Part shown: positions 36,692-49,142 of the stretch, one piece after another
Position numbering within the stretch: position 1 is the first letter of the stretch
How the letters are laid out: the number at the start of each line of letters is the position of its first letter
NCBI GenBank assembly: GCA_043228905.1
Contig: JBHGNT010000016.1
Location: 12,648,001 to 12,712,000 of the forward strand
Direction: 5' to 3'
DNA length: 64,000 nucleotides
Origin: Azolla caroliniana
Taxonomy: Eukaryota; Plantae; Polypodiophyta
Position numbers and translations under genes: made by a program
Notes under the pieces: model-generated
Told to the model about the DNA's origin: nothing
Databases searched by the model: none
Seen by the model: the letters and a program-made list of their open reading frames with translations, nothing else

Positions 36692-39600
36692 TTATCTTTT
36701 CTACTCCTAACGCAGACGCAGACATACACAGAGATGTGATAGCTTCAAGCCCTAAATCCCACGTCAAGAGAAAGACACTTACACCCATACCAAGATAACA
36801 TTTAGAGATCAAAATTCTAAACCCTAACCCTATTCGTTTTTCGGCGGTGTTGTCTCCTTAGCCTTTGCATGGATGCTCACAGGATTCAGGTTTTCTTAGG
36901 GTTAGATCGTTTTGAAGCAGCTCAATCTTGCAGTTCAAGCTCTCCCCTCAGTACCTTTCCCCCTTTTTTTTTCATCATCAACATCTTCTTCTTCACTTCT
37001 GTGTTTTTGTCTGAACTTTTATTTAAATTTGTCTCCAGAGGCTTTGTGTCAAGCTGTTCATCTCTCTGAAGCTCTCTCTGAAACATCATCCACATCCATT
37101 CTCCCTTTCCGAAATGATCATTTTTGTTCCTACCCATGGCCGTTACAGATTGATTCTGATTTCTCCATCTTTGCATGTGTGTGTTTGTTTAACAGATCGA
37201 ACCTTCGGACAAGACATGGATGTGGATGACGATACTCCATTCGAGTTCATCTGTCCTTACTGCTATTCTGAGTTTAACATTGCATCCCTTTGCTCACATC
37301 TGGATGAAGAACACTGCTTTGAATCAAAACCTGTGGTAAGAGATTTCTCTCCTCTCCATATAATTTAAAGGCAATAGCTTCTCTACTGAGTAGCTGACTG
37401 TCACCGTCACTACCATCACCATCACCATCACCATCATAGCAATCATCACCATCAGTGTCACTGTCGGCATCGCTCCACTCTCACCACCACCGCCACCACC
37501 ATCACTTGTCACTGTTGCCTTCATGACGATCATCATGGTCATCATTAATAGTTACCTTGATCACCATAGCTACTGTCACCATCTTCTCTACCATTATCGT
37601 CATCGTCACCGTCGCTGTCTGGACTACCGCTGATAACAACGCCATCACCTATCACCATCATTCTTCACCATGAGCTCAATTGAGCATGATCATCACTGTC
37701 ATGGCTACCACCATCATGAACACTGTCACCATACAACCATATTCACTGTCACCATCTTCTCTATCATCATCATCACCCTCACTGTCTTTACTAGCATTGT
37801 TGTCATCATCAACACCATCACCAATCACCATCATTGTTGCCATGATCATCATTGTCTCCATCACCATCCTTTTTTCTTTTCTTGCAGCTGTGTCCTGTAT
37901 GTACTGCAAGAGTAAACAATGATCTGGTTGGGCATATTACACTTCAACATGGAAACCTATTCAAGTTATCTTTCCTTGCTTCCTTTACTTTTCTTATCTT
38001 CTTTCTTGTTTTTGATAAGCAAGAAAGTAAAATATGGTTGATTTCCTTACTTCGCAACACATGCACGGCAGGAAGCGAGGAGTGCATAGAAAGGGATTGA
38101 CCTCATCTGAACCTTGTTCTACATATATTTCACTCGGTAAGGATATTTCGTTTTTGGTGAAAAAAACACCAAATACTTTTCTGTAGCTATAAAATTTTGG
38201 CATTTGAAGTTTAAAAAACACCAAATACTTATCTGTAGCTATAAAGTTTTCTGCATTTGAAGGATATTTACCTGAAATTTGGAACCTTAAGGGCACTCTG
38301 ACCAAAGTTATGGATATTTTTGGAATTTCTTTCCCTTTTTCACCTGTCTGAAGCAAGTTAATAATTGTCATTGTGACATTGTGTGGCAGATCCTCTTATA
38401 TCAAGTATACTTTGTGATTTCTCAACCTCTGAGACTGGCAAAGTTTCTCAATTCTCTGCAGCTAGTGAAGAAGCTGTGAAGAAGAAGAGCTTATCTTCTC
38501 GACAAAAAGATACAAGGTTACAATTCATAACATATCATTTTATGTTTTTGATACATGAACATTACTTCGATGTTGATATCTCTGCTGTGGTTGAGGCTAT
38601 ATCATAATGCAGCACTATCTAATTGGATTTATACACTGGTGTGCCAATTTTGTGCTGATTAAATACATAGCTCCTGGGAAGGCATGGGTTTGTGTCATGT
38701 ATATTGCAATGATTATATATCAAGAATTTGTTGGGGATAAGCTTTGTACAGTGTATTAATCATAAGTATGGCTTAAAGGTGGAAATATGATTATGGTTTT
38801 AAGTAAGCCAGTCAATATTTGCTGCGACTCATGTGATTGAAGCAGGTGCTGGAAAGTAATCAAGAATGGGTACTATAGGAATGTATTAAGACTGGAAATT
38901 AACATTATGGTAAGAAAGCCATATTATATTATATGAAAATTATAGGAAAGAGAACGATAGGAAGGTATTAATGTTGGAAATTAACAATATGGTAAGAGTA
39001 AGAAGGTATATGATATTTGCTATAAGCCCAAGTAAGGTGCTTTGAAAGTGATTGGGCAAGGGAATGAGAAGTAATTGTTGATGGTGGAAATATCATTGGG
39101 AAAACATTAGTCGTGCTTTGACTATAATATGTGCTGTTGCCTACGAGGTGGAATAAGGTTTTTGAATGTGATCATGCAAAGGAATGATAAAGAATGTATA
39201 ATGCGAAGGATAGAAATATCTTTATGGCAATATTGAGCCAATAATGATATTTTCTATAGCCTCTGAGGCAGAATTAGGTGTTTGAAAAGTGATCATGCTA
39301 CTAAGCCTCAGTTGCCTGGATTGACGTGCTGGGCTGAACCATGCTGCATCTTGTAAACTAGTACCTGAATGTTCGCAGCCTTATGCATTGTTTTGATAAT
39401 AAGAATGTATGAAGTTAAAATAAGGGACAAGTAAAGGTATGCATTTTTTGCTATCGGACAGATAGAATAAGATGCTTGAAGATGATTAAGCAAAATATGA
39501 ATCTCTTTTGGTTGCACTCGATGGATGGATGGATGTGCTTCAAGAATATAGGAAATGCTAAAATTCTCTCATTGGATTCTTAACAATATATTGATAAAAT

Positions 39601-40094
39601 TGGAAGGAAATACTGGAATCTTTTCATTTTCTAGATTCAAGATCGGTCAATTCTCGGCTCTTTCACTGTTGAAAAACTAAAGAACATAAATATTACATGT
39701 ATGAAACATTTTTACTCATATTAGGTCTTCAAAATAGTATACTAATTGCTTGCATTTAGTTGTGGATGGTAGTTTATTAATAGCTTGCATTTAGTTGTGG
39801 AAGGTAGTTTCTGAGAAAGTAAAACTATCATGCTCTAAACTCTAGTATATGAATATATGGCATTTGGTTGTGGAAAAATCTGTAAGGTTCATTGTTTCTA
39901 TCATTATGATACTTGTATATCGGTTTGACAAGTTTGACTGACAGAAGGTGAATAGGGCTAATGCATATTTGTATTGATGTAGTTTGGAAACTCCAATCAG
40001 TAGGAGGAAATTGGAGCAGAAGGGAAGAGATGAAGAGCTTAGAGTAAAATTTCTCCAGCAGATGGTTCTTTCAACAGTATTCCACGAGGACTGA
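36514..40094 (+). CDS. DI19: Di19 (dehydration-induced 19) C2H2 zinc-finger protein, about 6 exons
   Basis: Exons 36514-36646, 37196-37335, 37888-37964/5, 38061/72-38136, 38390-38516, 39983-40094. Motifs WASLLLSATKRR, FICPYC..LCSHLDEEH, LCPVC..VGHITLQHG, DPLISS, RVKFLQQMVLSTVF. Confidence 0.88.
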
Positions 40095-40679
40095 TTTTTG
40101 GTTGGGAAGGTCCAGATCGACGCCCCAATTTAGTATTATATTCGTCTATCTACCTTTGTAATTTTGTTTTTACAAGAAATGACCGTTTATATTACTGGTG
40201 TTCAAATGCCCTTCTGCAAAAAAGAAAAAAGAAAAAAGTGAAAGAGCAATTGGAAGGAAAACTGTTTATGGGACAAAACATCACAGTATGTCTCTCAATG
40301 GAGACTTGTATATGAAGGTGTGTCCATGTACATCCATGTACAATAACTATTAGCCAAATCATTGGGAAAGTAAATTCACTGTTAAATATATGAAAATATT
40401 TCATAGTGCATTTCTGTTGAATGTATAATATTATTTGGATGGCTGGTTTATATTAAAGGCTTTCAGTTATTTCTTACAATGAATCAATGAGTTTGCAATA
40501 CAATCTCTACATTGAAATGATGAGATTTGTTGTGCTTATGTGAAAGGGCTTGGTGTATTTCATCCCTTATTCTGAGAATGACCGACAATGTCGGTCATTT
40601 TCATTCGTAGCTTTGATCTCATTCATTTTGTTCACTCTTTGCTGTAATTCATCAAATCTTTTGATTTCATCTGTTATTT

Positions 40680-41214
40680 GGGTCTCTCTTAGCAAGAATG
40701 TAGTTGCTTAATGTCTATTGAACTAGATGCTTGGTTGCATGTTGGAGGTTTGATCTCTCCTTTTATGCTGGGGGAAGAGATAATGGTTTGTAGATGCTCA
40801 TCTTGATGTTTATTGGGTCTCTCTTAGCATGAATGTAGTTGCTTAATGTCTATTGAACTAGATGCTTGGTTGCATGTTGGAGGTTTGATCTCTCCTTTTA
40901 TGCTGGGGGAAGAGATAATGGTTTGTAGATGCTCATCTTGATGTTTATTGGGTCTCTCTTAGCATGAATGTAGTTGCTTAATGTCTATTGAACTAGATGC
41001 TTGGTTGCATGTTGGAGGTTCGATCTCTCCTTTTATGCTGGGCGAAGAGATTATGGTTTGTAGATGCTCATCTTGATGTTTATTGGGTCTCTCTTAGCAT
41101 GAATGTAGTTGCTTAATGTCTATTGAACTAGATGCTTGGTTGCATGTTGGAGGTTCGATCTCTTCTTTTATGCTGGGTGAAGAGATTATGGTTTGTAGAT
41201 GCTCATCTTGATGC
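40680..41214. repeat. 135-bp tandem repeat, 4 near-identical copies
   Basis: GGGTCTCTCTTAGCA starts at 40680, 40815, 40950 and 41085. Confidence 0.95.
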
Positions 41215-41247
41215 TTAGGGATGTAACATGATAACTCTTTCTATGGA

Positions 41248-42143
41248 TAGTGATCGACAACAATTCATTTCGGTTGGGAGCGGTTTTCTCAAACTTAAAA
41301 CAAACCGAATTGAACTGTGAAACTTTTAAACTGAAACCATTTTAGTCAAAAACTGTTCAAACCAGATCTAGTAAGGAATCTTATAGCTCAAACCAAATAG
41401 TTTGAGGAATCTACAGAAACTTGTGGTTTCATCATTAAAGATGTAAAAACCATTAAGCTTTTAAGCTGTGAAACTCATAATTAGAATCTACAAGGAGAGA
41501 CATTTATTGATTGTCTCATAGCCATGAAGCAGCTCATTGATGGAGGTCAACAGTGTAACAAACAGAGTTCATTGCTGAGGTCTTGATTCTAATGTCGGAA
41601 AATCGTCATGCACAAGCTCCTCATATATGAATACATGGAAAGTGGGTATTTGGATGCCCTGTAGAGTGGTAAGAGGTGAAGAAAGTGTGGTCGTGCCCTT
41701 GATGATTCATGAGGGTAACCCCAAGATACTTGGTGCACGAGTGCCTAATGGACAAGGTAGTGACTGAGAAGTTTGATACTTGAATCGAACCGAACCACGA
41801 AAGCGTTTAAACCGAACCGTTTGAAAAAAATCCAACCCGTTAAAACCGCGTTTCCCTGGTTTGGTTTTAGTTTTCAACTTAGGTCAAAAATCAAAATTTA
41901 AATTTTAAAGAATTTTCATTATTTCAAAATTTAAGGATTTTTCCTAAAATGTGAGAATTAGGCTTAAAAATGAAAAGTTTGTTTAAAAGAAATATTTAAA
42001 ACCCATCAAATTGTTTTAATCGTGGTTTCAAACCATTAAAACGGAACCGTTTAAAAAAAACTTGAACTTGAATCGAATCGTTTAAACCATTAAGCCCTTA
42101 AGTCACAATTTCACGGTTCAGTACCGAACCATTGCCAATTCTT
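41248..42143. mobile_element. Possible hAT-derived non-autonomous element
   Basis: Clusters of AACCG/CGGTT subterminal motifs near both ends and degenerate TAG..../TTGCCAATTCTTA termini. No TSD seen. Confidence 0.4.
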
Positions 42144-42830
42144 AACAACAAGCTCATGAACAATGGCGTCATTAGTGTGACTGCGAAGATACACGATGAG
42201 AAGCAAATCGTGAGTTATAGAATTTTGCTGGAATAATTAGATCAAGTGTTTGTTCCGTTTAGCATGTCCAAAGATTTGACTTTTGTTGGAATAATTTGAG
42301 GTTGTTGTGTCTTGTAGACAATGGTTAAATGCCGAATTATTTCCAATGTAATATAAAGCCAAGCCTTGATCCCCCTCTCTTTTAACTATTTTATGCTCAT
42401 ACTAGACTATGCTTCACAACGTAGATGGCGTGTAGTTTTTTTCTCCAAAACAAAATATCCTTCGATTAGTTTAAAAAAGGCATATTAGTTACAACGTAAA
42501 GGAAACCAATATCCTTCCAAAGCCGGTCTTGTGTAAGACAATGGCTAGCCATGGATCCTTCCCTTAAATGAGGTAAGGACATGAATCTATATACATCCAA
42601 AGTAATGGAAAACAACCAGATTATCTTACAACCTACCAATCGAAAGATTGGAATGTAGTTCCAAAGCTTCCTAAAACTTGTTTTTAGTAGTAGTCCATAA
42701 TCCATATGTGTAAGAATATTATCATATTCAACTTTTAATGAACTCATCAACTCTGACCAAATGGAAGCAATGGTTTTTTTTACCTTGAAACATCCACACC
42801 TTACCATGCATTCTATAAATATCATGCAAT

Positions 42831-43284
42831 GTTGTAATTCTTTGAGCAATTGGCATATTCCAATTCTTATCCCTATTTCTCCAACATGCAGCTCATGTAA
42901 TGTCACATGAGATATGATGAACCATGTTGAAGTAGAACGCGATGGGCCGCGTTGGCTAGCCCACAACTATCCCTTAGTCAAATTATCCATACAAATTTAA
43001 CCATCTCCTCCATTTTCATCTCCTCAGTCACATGAGGTGCATTGTAATTGTTGAATGTAGATGGGGTGTATTTGTTCCGGTTTTTGTATCAAAAAGAAAA
43101 GAAAAGAGAAGGATAAAACCAAAGTACTTTTCATACAAATTAAGGGTGATTGTGGAGAAGGAAAAACTCCAACTTTATTGTGTTGTGTGTCCTCAATGGC
43201 ATACAATACAAAGCGGCAAAGAGTCTTTATCCAAGCAAATGATATGATGTGATCCTGCACGGTACTAAACTTACACACACAAAA
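42831..43284. repeat. About 450-bp segment duplicated at 46316-46760
   Basis: GTTGTAATTCTTTGAGCAATTGG ... CTAAACTTACACACACAAAA is present in both places with scattered differences. Confidence 0.88.
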
Positions 43285-43408
43285 GCGAAGATAAACTCAA
43301 CTTAATGAAAACAAATGATCATAAAATAAACTAGTATCAACACAAAATCTAACTATAAAATTCTCAATGAAGTCAAGTTTCCAAAGGAACAACATAGTCT
43401 ATGCTATG

Positions 43409-46004
43409 TGTAAAGAATCAGATATGATTCTTGTGAAGCGGAAGAGATGTGTATTATGTGTATATGTGAGAGGAAAGAGAAGAGAGAAGAGAAACACAAG
43501 ATAGATTAGATAGAATGGAAAATAGAATACTCAAGAAGAAGGTATATATTGACAAGTAAAATACCAAATACAAAATGTAGCATTACAAGGAGTCACAACC
43601 TACTTAGTATGAAGTAGGAGAAAGGTGCTTTATATAAGGTCACCCTCTCTCTTCATTAACTCACTACAACAACTCCTCTCTCTTGGGGAATGTGAAGTCT
43701 CATAGTCATGGGGAATATAGAACTCAATATAGTAACCATTCGGTTAAGTACGCACTTTGAACGCATGGGTAAAGTGCGCACTTAACCCATGCTGCGCATT
43801 TAGGGGTTTTCCACCAAAAAAAGGGGTTTTTTGAAAATTTTTAGGTTTTCTTGAAATTTCTTCCTTCTACTCTCTAACCATATGTTTCTTGATTCGAAAA
43901 GTGATCAATTAATGTGATATAATTGACCTGAAATGTTTATGGTTTCAACATACTCTTGTTGGATATCATTTATTTCCCGATTCCATATTACCTTCGGTTT
44001 TTGTCTTTCTATTAGGCCTACCTAATGAACTTCCTTGGATGCGATGAGATTTTTCCTTGCATTCTCTTCCTATTGGCGACAGGTTTGAGGAATCGTATGG
44101 AGATGGAGGAGACAAGAAAAGAGAGAGGAGCAATGGAGAAAGCGTAGGCTGGAACAGAAAGAAAATAAACAAGATGAACAGAAAGAGAAAAAGAGGGAGG
44201 AGGGAGGGAGAGAAAGAAAGGAGAAAATTAAGAATGAATGAATTGAAGAATTGAGGGGAGGGGGGGAAGGGAGGGAGAGAAAGAAAGAAACATAATTAAG
44301 AATGAATGAATTGAAAAAAGGAAATGGATAATTTGGTAAGTAGGAAAGTTTATTTTCTCTAATCGAGAATCAAAATCCCAACTTGGAGACACACACATAC
44401 ACATACAACACATAACACAGACATAGACGTTACGACTGGAGAGACTGCCACCCACCATCACGTAACAAAATCTTTTAATTTTATTTTTTCGTAGAAACTC
44501 CTTTCTTTTATTATTTTGTGAATGTTTGAAACATAGTTTTAATTTCGTTTGATGTAATTTCATCATGAACCATAGAACGTAATATTCATGTTCGTGGAGG
44601 CTTCCAAATGTTTGAATACGTTTGGAAACGAACACGTTTGAAAGGGGAAAAATGCGTGGTCCTTTTTTTTCCCCTTTTTTGTATTTTTTTTTTTAAAGAT
44701 ACGTTGTCGCTTCCTCTCTCTCTCTCTTTCTCCCCCCCCCCCCCCCCCCACACACACACACAATCACAACCTACATACTTTTTTGGGTGGGAGGTGAATG
44801 AACTCTGTAATCCGAATTAATTAGTAATGAATGGATCCACAAAGGAATGAATGGCTTCCCAATTCTGATGCGATATGAGATCTTAAAGGGGGGCATTTCT
44901 CTAATGAGGATGTAGGAGACACTCCACACTCTCATTGGTTTTTCTGCTGCACCAATCCAATGGGGGACTTTCGGTGGGGTGTGGGCAAAGCTCAATTGGA
45001 AGAAGAGAGAGAAAATGGGTGGGGGGTGGGCTATGTCTGTATTATTATAACAAAAAAAAAGAGAATTAGCAAGAAAAAGGCACAGAGAGAGAGAGAGAGA
45101 GGATCATTCCTGCACAGGGGAGAAAAGAAACACCTTTTTTGTGTTTTGTCTCTTTTTTGTTCACTTGGGATTTTGATTAATTGGATAATCAGAAGAACAA
45201 GAAAGATGCTTGATTAATCATCATCATCATCATCATGGCGACAGATGCATGTGATCTATACATACTTGCACACTAATTTATGGCTTCTCAAGAGCATCAA
45301 AGAAAGAGGTTACACCCCATTGGAAATTACAATGGAAATGGTTGATAAAGAGGAAGATGTTGAAAGGTTATTGAACTTGCAAAAAGAGCGAGAAATTTTA
45401 CATACTGAAAATTCAAATGATATCCTCAATAGTATGCAAGATGAGGACATTGAAGACAGTTATGTTGTTGGTAGTAATGAGGCACATTCTAGTGAGAGTC
45501 CTCAAACAAATTACTACGTCAATTGAACTAGTAGAATTTTTTGTTAGTGTCATATTTTCTTCGTATTCTCGAATATAAGCTTTATGAGTTTTTGAATCTT
45601 TGATGATAGTTTATAATGACATAGTCCACTTGTTGGGATTGAGAGTGAATCAATATATAATATAGGCCATATTCAATCCAATCAAATGTGTCAATCCAAT
45701 CCAACTTGGAGATGATTTACCATACACGTATGATTGAATCATTCGCGCACGCGAATGCACGTATGGTTCATTCTATGTCATGAACAATGTAATTTTTTTG
45801 ATCTGGATTTTGACCTCTATAAAATGCGCACTTAACCGAATGGTTACTGTATTTATGTGTCATAGAATATGTGTCATAGAATATGATTCTATGACACATA
45901 GTTAATGTGTAGAGAGTAGTGGTGTGACTCTTGACCTTTGAGTGATCATAGATTCTCAAAGGGTGTGTTCACACGTTGCACTATGTTGAGCTTGATTCTC
46001 AACA
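43409..46004 (-). mobile_element. Solo LTR of copia family B with 5-bp TSD CTATG, split by a TIR element
   Basis: 43409-43729 plus 45850-46004 align to LTR 10373-10829. CTATG at 43404-43408 and 46005-46009. Confidence 0.92.
43730..45849. mobile_element. 2.1-kb non-autonomous DNA transposon with 25-bp TIRs and a TA target duplication
   Basis: TAGTAACCATTCGGTTAAGTACGCA ... TGCGCACTTAACCGAATGGTTACTG (2 mismatches), with TA on both flanks. The intact LTR at 10.68 kb shows the empty site. Confidence 0.88.
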
Positions 46005-48611
46005 CTATGTACAAAGATTAAGCCCTTCCATTTTGAGATATTCTCCAAGTATTATATAGAATAGGGTGTGAGAAACAACAAATTGATACCATGTAGAATG
46101 GGGTACAAAGAGATACAAAGAAACAACAAATTGATATTGTGGAGGATATCATGAATCTATACCTCTCATGTAATAAGTACAACAAATTATTTGACCTTCA
46201 AACATCTACACCTGCCATGCATTCTATAGAGATTGTGCAACTATTGGAGCCAATCTATCCTAAAACCATTGCCCCATGAAACGAAGCCAACTATATGTCG
46301 AACCATCATTGAAATGTTGTAATTCTTTGAGCAATTGGCCTATTCCAATTCTTATCCCTATTCTCCAACATGCAGCTCATGTAATGTCACATGAGATATG
46401 ATGAACCATGTTGACATAGAACGCAATGGGCCGTGTTGGCTTGCCCACAACTATCCCTTAGTCAAATTATCCATACAAATCTAACCATCTCCTCCATTTT
46501 CATCTCCTCAGTAACATGAGATGAAGTGTAGTTGTTGAATGTAGATGGGGTGTAATTGTTCCAGTTTTTGTATCAAAACCAAAGAAATGGAGAAGGATAA
46601 AACCAAACTACTTTTCATGCAAATTAAGGGTGATTGTGGAGAAGGAAAAACTACTTTATTGTGTGTCCTCAATGGCATACAATACAAAGCGGTAAAGAGT
46701 CTTTATCCGAGCAAATGATATGATGTGATCTTGCAAAGTACTAAACTTACACACACAAAATATTACATGACCACTCATTCCATTGACAATCATCAAAAGC
46801 TCACTTTGTGTTATTCATAACAACCCCATCATCAATGTCAATCTTCTTCTTCCACTTTCTTGTACTTTCCCACCTTGATGATCACTAACAACTTCATTAT
46901 CAACCTACGTCCTACACTGAGTATGGGTGATGTAACATTGAAAAGTGTCTTAAGATTGTTTAGCTTTACAATTATTTTCTAGGTTGGATGATGTAAGAAC
47001 TCTTCAACCTTAAGATTGACAACTGTTCTAGTTGTTCATTGAGGAGACAAAAGCAATGCTTAGTATTAAAGTGAGTATATACAAAAACAAATTGGTACAT
47101 GCCATATACTTTATTTTTAGCTTTTTGAAATGGTTGCAACATCTTTTAATGCATCCCTTATATACTTCAAATTTCATTGTTACTCTTAGTTGTAGCACTC
47201 GTTGATGAAATTCCTCAAAATCTTTTGCTCATGTTTTCATGGGAGAACACAACACGAGAGAGAGAAAGAAAGATTAGCTATTGCCCTAAAGTTGTTGAAT
47301 ATGACATATGAGACAAAAAATGAAGCATTGTTGTGTAGAGTGTGGAATTGCGCATTGACACTCAATGTTCATGGGTTCTACTAATCTATGTTGCAAATGA
47401 GAGAGCATGCAAAGTGAGAGCTATAAAGAGAGAGGATCGATTCATGGTAACTAGACGTATGAAACGAGCATTGGCAAAAATTGTAGAATGGAGGGTTGTG
47501 TTTAATGCCCTTAGAATTTCAAAAAAGGCGTTGGATTTTGAAACTAGCTTCACTTTTTAAATTTTTTGCAACGTTATACATTACTTAACGTGGTTGCTAG
47601 ATTGTATGTTTACAATATGCTCACCAGGTCAAACTCTAAGCATGGGTTTGTTTTGAGCACATTGGGTTCCATGTGGATTAGGTTTAAATTGGTCAAGCTA
47701 GATATTGGTTACTAACACATTATCTAGGCCTAGGGTTCGAATTGCAAACGACTATTACATTATCAAGTTAGAAGACTTTTATTAGGTTAGAAGCGTTTTA
47801 TCGGGCTAGACCAGGATTAGACTATGATAGATGGGTTAGAGTAAAGTTCAAATCTAATGCTAATCCAGATATTGTCATCTAACCGAGGGTGGATTAATAC
47901 ACATAACTCAAGATCACATGAATCTAACCCGATTATTATGATCTAACCCAACTATTATTATACACAATTTTTACCTGGTTTGCAAAGGTCAACCCAAATC
48001 TAATTCATGCATAAAACATGATTGTGGGGTTAGATATAGAATCACATAAAATCACACAAATGCTAGACTATATATTTATCAAGCTACAAATAGAGGACCA
48101 CGCATTCCGCAATATGTTTAGAAATAACAATGTAGGTTAAAAATGTGAAGCCTATGATTCACACTTTTAGAGGTCTACATTGATACAATGGTGCATATTG
48201 CAATCGAATCTCGAATCATACTCTAAACCGTCCATCTCACAAATTGCATATAGCTACCTGTAATAACTATTTGGTGGTAGATAGACATGACTGCATCCAA
48301 ACATTATGTTCTACTTTGGAAGTTTGATGAACGAATCCAAACGAAGAAAGCTTTGCCCGACAGATAAGAGTCTCAACAACATCTCAAGGGGCCGTAATGA
48401 AAGAGGGGTAGTTGGTCCCATTAACATATATATAGCCCAACTCTTTTTATGGTCCGAGGCCAACCAACACATGTACCCATTTTGTAATAGAGGTCCACAT
48501 TTGTGGGTCAATCGTAAGGCATAGGATAACTAGTTTCGGAGTATCCTTCATTCGAACTATTGACATTGGCCTTTCGCATTGGTCCAGAGCGGAGGATGCG
48601 TGTATGTGTGT

Positions 48612-48835
48612 GTGTGGGATCCATGCATCCATCCATGATCCATCCATTAATACATTCATCCATTAATGCATCCATCAATGCATGGATGGATGGATGCATG
48701 CATGCATGTGGATCGATCGACGTGTGCATGGCAAAGCAAAGAAGATCATGTAACCAACGGTTAGTTAAAAAGCTCCCAATATGTATGTATGAGAGAGAGA
48801 CATTTTTAGTTACTCCATGGACGGCCACGTGTCGC
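48612..48835 (+). promoter_or_regulatory. RY (CATGCATG) cluster and G-box/ABRE upstream of CSLD
   Basis: ATGCATGCATGCATG near 48693, ACGTGT near 48720 and GCCACGTGTC at 48824-48833, 300-500 bp upstream of the ATG. Function is inferred. Confidence 0.35.
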
Positions 48836-49142
48836 CATCGGAGGGGATTTGATCCGACGGTGGAGATTAGAGTTCCGTTACTTGAAATTAAAACGTTCAA
48901 ATTTCTCATTTCTCCCACTCCAATTAGGGTTAGGGTTTCTGCTGCTTCTTCTTCTTCTTCTTCTTCTCCTTCTGCAATCTTGCTGGATTACTGAGATCCT
49001 TCTTTCCTGCTCTGATCATCTCCCATTCTCAGCCTCTAAATTTCATCTCAGATCTTCATATAACGGCACTCCAAATTCTTCAAATCTCCATTGGATCACA
49101 GAAACAGAAACAGAAACAGAAACAGAAACAGAGGAGGACGCC

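Noticed and set aside
37385-37870. His/Met/Asp-rich ORFs on both strands
   Set aside because: Degenerate (CAT/CAC)n tract inside a Di19 intron bounded by GT-AG.
48849-49142. N-terminal extension of the CSLD ORF in the track
   Set aside because: Starts at a non-ATG codon and runs through CTT/GAAACA microsatellites typical of a 5' UTR; the first ATG in good context is 49143.
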